A stretch of 28,297 nucleotides of DNA. It comes from Chloroflexota bacterium (GTDB lineage Bacteria; Chloroflexota; Limnocylindria; Limnocylindrales; CSP1-4). A program made the position numbers and the translations under genes. Under the pieces are notes generated by a model, which had not been told where the DNA came from, ran no database searches, and saw only the letters and a list, made by a program, of their open reading frames with translations. The DNA is taken from the NCBI GenBank assembly GCA_041299865.1, contig JBFYUV010000154.1, positions 1 to 28,297 on the forward strand, read 5' to 3'. This document shows positions 17,434-25,398 of this stretch, piece after piece; the stretch's first letter is position 1; the number at the start of each line of letters is the position of its first letter.

Positions 17434-18396
17434 ATGAAGGCAACACGCTTCCTCGCGGTCGGAGGGGCCGCGATGCTGGCCCTCGCGATCGTGGGACCAG
17501 TCGCTGCACAGGATGAGAGCCCGGCAGCTGCGAGCAAGGACCCAGGTGCCGCGGCCGGCGCCAAGCTCTTCGTCAACATGAAGGGCCCGTCGGCGGGTAA
17601 CCCGTTCTGGGCGCTCGTCGAGCAGGGTGCCGTGCAGGCCGGCGCGGACTACGGCGTGGACGTCCAGGTCGTGGCCCCCTCAGCCGAATCCGACATCCCC
17701 GGGCAGATCGCCCTCATCGAGGACAACGCAGCACAGGGCGCTGCCGGAATGGCCATCGCCGTGACGGACGCCGTGGCCCTCAACCCGGCCATCCAGGCCG
17801 CCATGGACCAGGGCGTCAAGGTCGTCTGGGTCGACTCGGGCGGTGACAACGAGGGCGTCACCTACATCGGCACGGACAATGCCGTCGGCGCCGCCCTGGC
17901 CGGCAAGTACCTCTGCGACACCCTGGAGCCCGGCAGTAAGGTAGCTATCCTCCAGGGCCTCATCACCACCACCACCGGCATGGCCCGAGCCGATGGCTCC
18001 AAGGCGGCCGTCACCGAGTGTGGCCTGGACCTCGTTATGGAAGTGCCCGCCAACTGGGACCGCGCCCAGGGTCTAGCGGCCACCGAGGACATCATCACGC
18101 AGCACCCGGACCTGGCCGGCATCTTCGGCAGCAATGACGAGATGGCCCTCGGGGCCGTGGAGGCACTGCGTGCCGCCGATCTCCTCGACCAGGTCACGGT
18201 CGTCGGCTACGACGCCAACCCGGATGCCCGAGAGGCCGTCCTGGCCGGTGACATGGAAGCCACCATCGCCCAGAACCCCATCAACATGGGTTACTTCGGC
18301 GTGGAGAGCCTCATCAAGCTCATCAACGGCGAGACGCTCGATCCCACCATCGACACGGGCGTCGAGCTCATCACCGCGGAGAACGCCGCCTCGTAA
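17434..18396 (+). CDS. RbsB-like sugar/inositol ABC substrate-binding protein (about 320 aa)
   Basis: SD AGGAGGA before ATG 17434. Signal peptide MKATRFLAVGGAAMLALAIVGPVAA, then NPFW, IGTDN, ANWDR, SNDEMALGA, VGYDA, TIAQNP. Confidence 0.9.
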   Translation: MKATRFLAVGGAAMLALAIVGPVAAQDESPAAASKDPGAAAGAKLFVNMKGPSAGNPFWALVEQGAVQAGADYGVDVQVVAPSAESDIPGQIALIEDNAAQGAAGMAIAVTDAVALNPAIQAAMDQGVKVVWVDSGGDNEGVTYIGTDNAVGAALAGKYLCDTLEPGSKVAILQGLITTTTGMARADGSKAAVTECGLDLVMEVPANWDRAQGLAATEDIITQHPDLAGIFGSNDEMALGAVEALRAADLLDQVTVVGYDANPDAREAVLAGDMEATIAQNPINMGYFGVESLIKLINGETLDPTIDTGVELITAENAAS

Positions 18397-18436
18397 GCGT
18401 CCGCCCGGTCAGTACCGGGCGCAGCAGATCAGGGAT

Positions 18437-18470
18437 CGCCGGCACCGTGAGGTGCCGGCGGTTCGTTGTC
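18437..18470 (+). terminator. Intrinsic terminator of the iolG-ABC operon
   Basis: CGCCGGCACC-GTGA-GGTGCCGGCG (10-bp stem, GNRA loop) followed by GTTCGTTGTC. Confidence 0.7.
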
Positions 18471-18509
18471 AGGGGGTCTCAGGCCCAGGGTCACGAGGTA
18501 CCTCGTCCC

Positions 18510-19406
18510 TCAGCGCACGCTGTGCGCCAGCCGCTGCTTCAGCTGGTCGAGGGTGGGCACGGAGTTCATGCCCGGCCCTTCCACGAGCAGGCTGCCCGCC
18601 AGTGCCCCCAGGTGCAGGTCCCGGCCCATGTGGCGGCCCTCCGAGCCCGCCACGATCCGAGCTGCCACGAGGCCGGCCAGCATGGTGTCACCGGCGCCGG
18701 TGGCGTCGATCTCGATGGGCGACGGGACGCTGGGGTAGGTACGTGCTTCCACGAGACGATGATCCTGGAAGCGGATGAGCAGACCGCCCAGGAGTCCGGC
18801 CGTCAGCAGCAGTTCCGCAGAGGGGGGCATCCATTGGCCGATGCTGCGCACCGGCAGGTCGCCGGGGATGTCGTGCCGGCTGACGGCCAGGATGTCCGCG
18901 CGGCGGACGAGGAGGGAAGGTCCTGGTTCCAGTGGCCGCACCCGAACTCCAGGTTGCAGGTGGCGCAGGATGCCCTGCCAGGCCAGGGCCACACAAGCCT
19001 CAGGCGGAGGTGCGCTGGCCCACTCGTCGTGGATCTCGCTGGCCACCGGCGCCAGCACCCAGGCGGGCACGTCACGCCAGCGCCCGGGCAGCGCGGCCAC
19101 GGGTACCGGATCGCTGGGACCATCGCAGGTCTGGACGCGTCCCGCCAGGGTCTCCGTGTTGCGGAAGACGGGCCCCTTGGCCAGCGGCACTTCGATGATC
19201 TCCGCCCCGGCGTCGCGGATCAGGTCGAGCTCATCGGCCGTACGGGCCTCGTCATCGAGCCCGAGCAGGACGCCGGTGCGCACGCCCAGGCGCGCCAGGG
19301 CGAGGGCACCGTAGGTCACGCCGCCACCCAGCAGCCAGCCTCGCGGTGCCTCATCGTTGAGATCGCGCGTGGCCGCACCGACGATGACCACATCCGGCTT
19401 GCGCAT
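18510..19406 (-). CDS. PfkB/ribokinase-family kinase, substrate unknown (298 aa)
   Basis: N-terminal VVIVGAATRD...GGGVTYGALALARLG and C-terminal anion hole IDATGAGD. SD GAGGG. Confidence 0.85.
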   Translation of the reverse strand: MRKPDVVIVGAATRDLNDEAPRGWLLGGGVTYGALALARLGVRTGVLLGLDDEARTADELDLIRDAGAEIIEVPLAKGPVFRNTETLAGRVQTCDGPSDPVPVAALPGRWRDVPAWVLAPVASEIHDEWASAPPPEACVALAWQGILRHLQPGVRVRPLEPGPSLLVRRADILAVSRHDIPGDLPVRSIGQWMPPSAELLLTAGLLGGLLIRFQDHRLVEARTYPSVPSPIEIDATGAGDTMLAGLVAARIVAGSEGRHMGRDLHLGALAGSLLVEGPGMNSVPTLDQLKQRLAHSVR

Positions 19407-19492
19407 CCAGCCCTCGCTTCATCCCTGCTTCCCGCCCGCACGCCATGCCGTCGCTCGCCGGCGGCGCGACCGCGAAGCCTATACTCGTGCCC

Positions 19493-19891
19493 GTGACCCT
19501 GCGCGACGGGGATGTCCCCCTCTTCTTCTACGAGCTCCACGAGAGTGACAGCGACATCTTCGCGGACGTCCTGCTCGCTCACGACGTCGAGTACGACGAA
19601 GCGGAATTCTTGGAGCTGGTCATCGCATCGCGTGCCCGGGTCATCGAGGGCTTCCGCGAGGATTCGCTCATCGAGGCCATCGCGGCGGACCTGGCCGAGA
19701 AGTCCGGCTTCCTCATCATCGACGATACGCAGCTGCGCGTGGCCGTCAACGTATCGGCCATGGACGATGGCACGTTCGTGTCAGACATCACGGTGGCCAG
19801 CCGGGGCGGGTCGGACGTGACGGACTACCGCACGCTGCTCGTGGACGTGGAGCCGGACGACGCCGTCTGGGGCGACGACCGCCTCGACTGA
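19493..19891 (+). CDS. Highly acidic hypothetical protein (about 132 aa)
   Basis: Clean high-GC codon usage and a protein-like sequence (LFFYELHESDSDIFADVLLAH). TATACT (19480-19485) lies 7 nt before GTG 19493. The ORF track start at 19445 is the alternative. Confidence 0.7.
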   Translation: MTLRDGDVPLFFYELHESDSDIFADVLLAHDVEYDEAEFLELVIASRARVIEGFREDSLIEAIAADLAEKSGFLIIDDTQLRVAVNVSAMDDGTFVSDITVASRGGSDVTDYRTLLVDVEPDDAVWGDDRLD

Positions 19892-19924
19892 CGGCGGGGC
19901 CGCTGGACTGGCCCAGGGCCGGTA

Positions 19925-21025
19925 TCAGACGTTGAAGAGGATCTCGATGACGTCGCCGTCCTTGACCTGGTACGTCTTGCCCTCTGATCGGACCTTGCCG
20001 TGGCGCTTGGCCTCGGCCATGGAGCCCAGCTCGAGGAGCTCCTGCCAGCCGATGACCTCGGCACGGATGAAGCCGCGGGCCAGGTCCGAGTGGATGGTGC
20101 CCGCGGCGTCCACGGCGGAGGCACCGACGTGGACGGTCCAGGCGCGCGTCTCGTCGGGACCGGCCGTGAAGAAGCTGATGAGCCCCAGGAGCGAGTAGCT
20201 GGCGCGGATGACGCGCTCCAGGCTGGAGCCTTCCAGCCCGAGGTCCTCGCGGAAGACCTGCGCCTCCTCGTCGTCGAGCTGGCCGATCTCCATCTCGATC
20301 CGGGCTGAGAGCGGCACCACGCTCGTACGAGCGTGGATGATGCCGGCCTGCAACTCGTCGGCCAGCGCATCCGCCCGGTCGAGATCGGACTCTCCGACGT
20401 TGAGCAGGACGAGGACGGGCTTCTCGGTCAGGAAGCGGAACCCGCGGATGCGCAGCTCGTCGTCGGCCGACAGCCCCAGGTCACGGATGGGCCGCCCCTC
20501 GGTGAGGGCGGGCAGGATGCGCTCCAGGACCTCCAGCTCCCGCTCGTTGGCCTCCCGCTCGGCGGGCGTGCCGTGGCGTCCCGAGGTGCGCAGCTTCTCG
20601 ACGCGCTTCTCGACCACGCCAAGGTCGGCCAGCGTGAACTCCAGCTCCAGCTGCTCCAGGTCCCGGCGCGGGTCCACGCCCAGCAGCGGGTGGGGCACGG
20701 TGTCATCGGCGAAGGCCCGCACGACGTGCAGGAGGGCATCAGCGTTGCGCAGGCGGGCCAGCTGGTCGGCCGGGATGTCGCTGTGCGGCGCGCCCTCGGC
20801 CGCCATGGCCGGCGCCGGCAGGTCCACGTAGGTGACGTCGGCAGGCACCTCGCGCTTGGGTCGGAAGACGCTGGTGAGCCGCACCAGGCGCTCGTCGGGG
20901 ACTTTGACGACCCCGGTGTTGACCGTCAGGCCGCCAAAGCCACCCGTCTCTGCCGTGCCGCGGGTGAGGGAGTTGAAGACGGTGGTCTTGCCCGAGCGGG
21001 CGAGGCCCACGATGGCGATCTGCAT
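19925..21025 (-). CDS. ychF: YchF/Obg-like ATPase with C-terminal DUF933/TGS domain (366 aa)
   Basis: IAIVGLARSGKTTVFNSLT, VPDERL, LLHVVRAF, FLTEKP, LISFFTAGPDETRAWT, AGTIHSDLARGFIRAEV, EGKTYQVKDGDVIEILFNV. Confidence 0.88.
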   Translation of the reverse strand: MQIAIVGLARSGKTTVFNSLTRGTAETGGFGGLTVNTGVVKVPDERLVRLTSVFRPKREVPADVTYVDLPAPAMAAEGAPHSDIPADQLARLRNADALLHVVRAFADDTVPHPLLGVDPRRDLEQLELEFTLADLGVVEKRVEKLRTSGRHGTPAEREANERELEVLERILPALTEGRPIRDLGLSADDELRIRGFRFLTEKPVLVLLNVGESDLDRADALADELQAGIIHARTSVVPLSARIEMEIGQLDDEEAQVFREDLGLEGSSLERVIRASYSLLGLISFFTAGPDETRAWTVHVGASAVDAAGTIHSDLARGFIRAEVIGWQELLELGSMAEAKRHGKVRSEGKTYQVKDGDVIEILFNV

Positions 21026-22042
21026 CTAGTACCCGGCCGCCGGATTGACGATATTGAGCAGCTCGCGACCATCCCGGAAGCGCGCCAGGTTCTCGCAGAA
21101 GAGCTCGATGCTGCGGTCCAGGACACGGCCGCTCGACCAGGACGTGTGCGGCGTGATGATCAGCCCGGGGGCGTCCCAGAGCGGCGAGCTGGGCGGCAGC
21201 GGCTCCTCCCAGAGCGTGTCGAGGATGGCGCCGCCGAGGGAGCCGCTGCGCAAGGCCCGGAGCAGGGCGGATTGGTCGACGAGCCGGCCGCGAGCCACGT
21301 TGATGAGCCAGGCACCCCGCTTCATCTGTGCCAGGCGCCGCGCGTCCATGAGCTTGTCGGTCGTGCTCGTGAGGGGCAGGGCAAGGACGACGAAATCGGA
21401 GGCTGCCAGGAGCTCCGGCAGCTGGTCGTGGGAGAGGATGCGGTCCAGGCCGTCCGGGATGGGCTCGCCACCATCGCCGCGGTCAGGATCGCGCCGGGTG
21501 GCGATGACCTGCGCTCCGAAGGCGCTGGCCAGCCGGGCCACGGCGCGGCCGATGGAGCCCAGGCCGACGATGCCCACCGTGACCTGCCGCAGCTCGCGTG
21601 CTGGCAGCGGCTGCCAGGTGCGCTCGCGCTGCAGCTCCATCAGCTCGGGCAGCCTGCGCACGACGGCCAGGATCATCATCATCGTGTACTCGGCGATGGG
21701 CTCGCTGAAGACGCCGCGGGCGTTGGTGATGGTCAGGCCGCGGCCTGCGGCCTCAGCTGTCAGCAGGCGCTCGACCCCGGCCGTGGCGGAGTGCACCCAG
21801 GTCAGCCGGGGGCAACGGGCCAGGAGGCGATCGAAGCTGGCCGCGGGCATGGGGCCGCGCAGCAATACCTCGACGTCATCGAGCGGGCTGTCCGAGAGGC
21901 CCTCCAGCGAGACGCTCACGAGTCGGGCTCCCGGGGCAGCCGCGCGGATGCGGGCCAGGTCCTCCTCGCGATAGCGTGCCGACAGGATGGGCGTCAGCGC
22001 GATGGCGGCTGGCTCGGTCCGTCGTGGCATGGTTGGCGTCAC
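21026..22042 (-). CDS. D-isomer-specific 2-hydroxyacid dehydrogenase (338 aa)
   Basis: TNARGVFSEPIAEY, GIVGLGSIG, LINVARG, EEPLP, IITPH. GTGA overlap with the upstream gene; ATG 22030 is an alternative start. Confidence 0.88.
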   Translation of the reverse strand: MTPTMPRRTEPAAIALTPILSARYREEDLARIRAAAPGARLVSVSLEGLSDSPLDDVEVLLRGPMPAASFDRLLARCPRLTWVHSATAGVERLLTAEAAGRGLTITNARGVFSEPIAEYTMMMILAVVRRLPELMELQRERTWQPLPARELRQVTVGIVGLGSIGRAVARLASAFGAQVIATRRDPDRGDGGEPIPDGLDRILSHDQLPELLAASDFVVLALPLTSTTDKLMDARRLAQMKRGAWLINVARGRLVDQSALLRALRSGSLGGAILDTLWEEPLPPSSPLWDAPGLIITPHTSWSSGRVLDRSIELFCENLARFRDGRELLNIVNPAAGY

Positions 22043-23274
22043 ATCCTCCCCGCTGGCACATCGGCCGCCGGCGCATCGAAGGCCAAGGCATCGGGCGCCG
22101 GCATGACTCGCGCCACCCAGGTGGCCGGATCGTCCAGCTCCCGTTCGTTGGGCAGTGTCTCAGGTCCGTCCCACAGTCGGGCGATGGCGGCGCTGCCACC
22201 GGCGGCGTGGACTCCGGCCACGAACCGTTCGCCGCGCCGGTACTGCTCGAGCTTGAGGTCCATGCCCGTGAGCCGGGCCAGGATGCGGTCGATGCCACGC
22301 CGACGCTGGCCGCGGCGCGTCTCGAACCGACGGCGGATGGAGGCCACGTCCGGGATGAGCTCCACGCCCACTTCGTCCATGACCCAGTCGCTGAAGCCCT
22401 CCATGAGGCTCATGACCGCCTGGGTCTCTCTGAACAGGGCGCGCTGCTCGGGAGCGAGTAGGCCGCGCCAGGAACCCTCCGCGGCCGCGGCGCGCCAGCG
22501 GCGCGCCACATGGCGCAGCCCATGGCGTTGCAGGTGTCGCGTCTCCTCGGCGATGAGCGCCACCTGGCGCTCCAGCCGCTCGCGCAGGTAGGGACGCAGC
22601 CAGGGATGTGCCTCCAGCTCGAAGGCGTGTGTCGTCTCGTGCAGGCAGACCCACAGCCGGAAGGTATCGAGGGGTACCCCGACCGCGCGGGCGGCGGACC
22701 GGATGTTCTCCTCCACGTAGAGCAGCCGGCCGGGAGCCTGTTCTGCCGAGAGCAGCGCCACGTCGTACTGGCCGAGCACCCGCGTACCGAGATAGCCCAA
22801 CAGGAACCCCACCTGGCTGGTGGTCAGGAGGCGGTTGGTCGCGGCCGCCAGTCCCGTTCGCAGGCTGCCCTTCGGACCACGTGGCATGAGGCTGGGCTCG
22901 AGGTGCGCCACGAGGGCCTGGAAGGTGCCCAGGTTGGCTGCCGCCCACTCGGTGCGGCTGGCCACGGCGTGGCGCTCGACGACGCCGGGTAACGCTGCGC
23001 CCAATCGGCTCTCCAGCAGCGGCACGACGCGTGCCATGTGGCATGCGTAGGCAGACCGCGTGGTCCGCAGCTGCTGGTCGGTGAGGTGCCCCGGAGCGCG
23101 GACGAGCCGCCGGTGCGCGATGCGCTCGGCGCGCTCCCAGTCCACGAGCCCGTCGGCGGACCGCACCGGGGCCCGGCCGGTGATGGCCCGCGCTGCGAGG
23201 CCGATGCCGATTGCCAATCCGATGCGCACTGGCCGCCTGGCCAGGAGCCGGTCGGCGCCGCCCGCGACGGTCAT
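22039..23274 (-). CDS. Zinc-dependent metalloprotease-like protein (Zincin_2/DUF2342, 'F420-associated hydrolase' type; 411 aa)
   Basis: RTEWAAAN, RVLGQYD, LWVCLHETTHAFE (HExxH), SLMEGFSD, LTGMDLKLEQYRRGERF, LWDGPETLP...ELDDPATWVAR. Confidence 0.85.
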   Translation of the reverse strand: MTVAGGADRLLARRPVRIGLAIGIGLAARAITGRAPVRSADGLVDWERAERIAHRRLVRAPGHLTDQQLRTTRSAYACHMARVVPLLESRLGAALPGVVERHAVASRTEWAAANLGTFQALVAHLEPSLMPRGPKGSLRTGLAAATNRLLTTSQVGFLLGYLGTRVLGQYDVALLSAEQAPGRLLYVEENIRSAARAVGVPLDTFRLWVCLHETTHAFELEAHPWLRPYLRERLERQVALIAEETRHLQRHGLRHVARRWRAAAAEGSWRGLLAPEQRALFRETQAVMSLMEGFSDWVMDEVGVELIPDVASIRRRFETRRGQRRRGIDRILARLTGMDLKLEQYRRGERFVAGVHAAGGSAAIARLWDGPETLPNERELDDPATWVARVMPAPDALAFDAPAADVPAGRM

Positions 23275-24206
23275 GCCCGGGACCCTGGTGTGGCGGCGAC
23301 GTCGGGAGTGCCGGTAGTAGCGGCCGCCAGGACGGCGGCACCGGCCTCGATGTCAAGCGTCTCCACGGTCCCGAACGCCTCCCCGAACAGGAGGCGCGCC
23401 GTGCCGCGGAAGGCTTCCGCATCGCCGGTCGTGAGCATGAGATGGCGTCCCTGGGGGCGGCCGGGCGCACCGAGCGCGTGGACCTCGATCAGGCTGGCCA
23501 GGGCGCTGGCCGTGGCCGATGCCGAATCGATGACCGCGATGTCGTCGCCGACGAGGCCGCGGATGACCGGGCCCAGCAACGGATAGTGGGTGCAGCCGAG
23601 CAGCAGCGTGTCGATCCTGGCGTCACTGGGCATGGGGAAGATGAACGACTCGTCGCGGGCGCTATCGCCGAGCGCCTGCGAGCCGAGGAGCGGGGCCAGC
23701 GCTCGGCGCAGCACGACCTCCACGTCCGGGCCTGAAAGCCTGCCTGCCTCCACGAGGGGCACAAGCTCCGGCGTGGCGTGCTCGTAGACCTCGACGAAGG
23801 GATCTTCCTCCTTGATGGCCTCGAAGTAGGCGTGTGAGCGGACGGTCGCCTGGGTGGCGATCAAGCCAACGGCGCGCGTTCGCGTGGCCAGCGCGGCCGC
23901 CGTGGCGCCGGGCCGCACGACGCCCAGGATGGGGAGCGCGTAGCGGCGCCGCAGGATGGGCAGGGCGATGGCGGTGGACGTGTTGCAGGCCACCACGATG
24001 GCCTTGACGTCACGCTCGGCCAGCGCGTCGAGGCACTCCGTGCTGAAGCGCACGACCTCGTCATCAGGCCGGGGGCCGTAGGGCGTGCGGGCGTTGTCGC
24101 CCAGGTAGATGGTGTCCTCGCGCGGGAGCCGTCGCATGACCTCCACGAGGACGGTCAGCCCGCCGACCCCCGAGTCGAAGAAACCGATGGGTCGAGGGTC
24201 GCCCAT
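23271..24206 (-). CDS. murI: Glutamate racemase (311 aa)
   Basis: IGFFDSGVGGLTV, YLGDNARTPYG, VVACNTSTA and LLGCTHYP (both catalytic Cys). Confidence 0.95.
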   Translation of the reverse strand: MGDPRPIGFFDSGVGGLTVLVEVMRRLPREDTIYLGDNARTPYGPRPDDEVVRFSTECLDALAERDVKAIVVACNTSTAIALPILRRRYALPILGVVRPGATAAALATRTRAVGLIATQATVRSHAYFEAIKEEDPFVEVYEHATPELVPLVEAGRLSGPDVEVVLRRALAPLLGSQALGDSARDESFIFPMPSDARIDTLLLGCTHYPLLGPVIRGLVGDDIAVIDSASATASALASLIEVHALGAPGRPQGRHLMLTTGDAEAFRGTARLLFGEAFGTVETLDIEAGAAVLAAATTGTPDVAATPGSRA

Positions 24207-24210
24207 CCCG

Positions 24211-25383
24211 TCAGGCGAACGAGGGAGCCAGACTCGGAGAAGGCTGGGGCGCCACCGGCTCGGGCGGTGCCATCAGGTTCTGGGCGATGCTCATGATCTT
24301 CAGGCTGGCAGCGGCCTTGGGGTGGGCCATGACGAAGGGCACACCCTCCGCCGTCGTGGCCTTGACGAGCGGTTGGTCGTCGGGGATGGCGACGTCCGGC
24401 AGGCGGCCCAGCTCGGCCGCCATCTGCTCGGGCGAGATGCCCGGCGTGCCTGCCCGGTTCAGGACCAGCATCATCTTGTGCGGCGACATGCCGGCCGCCA
24501 CGAAGGCCTGCCCGGCCAGGCGGGCGGCACGCACCGAGTTGCGATCGGGCGTGACGACGGTGAGGATGCCGTCAGCGTCATCGAGGAACACCAGCGTGGT
24601 GTCCGTGATGGCCGGCGGCGCATCGATGACGATGACGTTGTAGATGCGCCGCAGCAGCGACACGACCTTCTCGACATCCCGTGCCGTGACCATCTCCGAC
24701 TGTTCGACGCGAGGCGGCGCCAAGAGCAGGTCGATGCCGGAGGGATCCCGCCACAGGACGGAGGCCAGGTCACTTTCCGAGATGCGGTCCGTCGGGAGCT
24801 GCAGCAGGGATGGAGCGGCGTCCGGCACCCGCAGCAGACCGCGCAGGTCGCTGAACTGGAGGTCGCCGTCGATGAGGACCACGCGAACGCCCGGCATCTG
24901 CCCGAAGCAGACGGCCAGGTTGTAGGCGATGGTGGTGCGGCCCACGCCACCCTTGCCGGAGTAGACGGCGTACGAGCGCGACATGGCGCTCGGGGCGGTG
25001 GCGCGATAGCGACTGCTGGCGTGGTTCAGGGCGTTCATGAGCTCGAAGCCCGAGAAGGGCATCGAGAGCACCTCGATGATGCCCATCCCCTCCCCGACCT
25101 TCACCGGCTTCTGCGGGACGGTGACGATGACGATGGGGATGCGCAGGCCGGTCTGGCGCACCTGCTCAGCCACCTCGAGGCCACTGGCCTTGCCCTGCAG
25201 GAGCGCGTCCACCATGAGCACGTCGGGGCGCAGCTCACGGATGCGGTCGAGCACCACACGGCCGTCGGTCACGGTGTCCAGCAGGCGCACCTGCTTCTGG
25301 TGTTGCAGGAGATTGCGCACGTACTGCGAGACCTGGGCGACGTCCTCGACCAGCAGCAGGCGGATCTGTTCTGAGGTGGCCAC
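24211..25383 (-). CDS. Receiver domain + MinD/ParA-like ATPase (CpaE/TadZ-like; about 390 aa)
   Basis: IRLLLVEDV...PDVLMVD...IVIVT receiver, then YSGKGGVGRTT, LIDGDLQFSD, IDLLLAPP, VIDAPP, LVLNRA. Start moved to GTG 25383, 6 nt after TGGTATAGT. Confidence 0.85.
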   Translation of the reverse strand: MATSEQIRLLLVEDVAQVSQYVRNLLQHQKQVRLLDTVTDGRVVLDRIRELRPDVLMVDALLQGKASGLEVAEQVRQTGLRIPIVIVTVPQKPVKVGEGMGIIEVLSMPFSGFELMNALNHASSRYRATAPSAMSRSYAVYSGKGGVGRTTIAYNLAVCFGQMPGVRVVLIDGDLQFSDLRGLLRVPDAAPSLLQLPTDRISESDLASVLWRDPSGIDLLLAPPRVEQSEMVTARDVEKVVSLLRRIYNVIVIDAPPAITDTTLVFLDDADGILTVVTPDRNSVRAARLAGQAFVAAGMSPHKMMLVLNRAGTPGISPEQMAAELGRLPDVAIPDDQPLVKATTAEGVPFVMAHPKAAASLKIMSIAQNLMAPPEPVAPQPSPSLAPSFA

Positions 25384-25389
25384 GCGCGG

Positions 25390-25398
25390 ACTATACCA
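25390..25398 (-). promoter_or_regulatory. Extended -10 TGGTATAGT overlapping the methyltransferase stop codon
   Basis: Minus strand TG-G-TATAGT-CCGCGC-GTG. The TAG within it (25393-25391) is the methyltransferase stop. Confidence 0.55.

Noticed and set aside
18510-19406. Calling the PfkB kinase iolC
   Set aside because: It lacks IolC-like N-terminal motifs, is outside both iol operons and lies behind a terminator. Kept as a testable alternative in the findings.
20333-22591. 752-aa plus-strand ORF
   Set aside because: Antisense shadow of ychF, the dehydrogenase and the zincin.
22160-23470. 436-aa alternative-frame minus-strand ORF overlapping the zincin
   Set aside because: Pro/Arg/Gly-rich off-frame translation. 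The overlapping frame carries the HExxH family motifs.
21026-24206. VanH-like D-lactate supply / glycopeptide-resistance reading of the dehydrogenase next to murI
   Set aside because: No D-Ala-D-Lac ligase, VanX or VanRS in the window, and the dehydrogenase has only generic family motifs.
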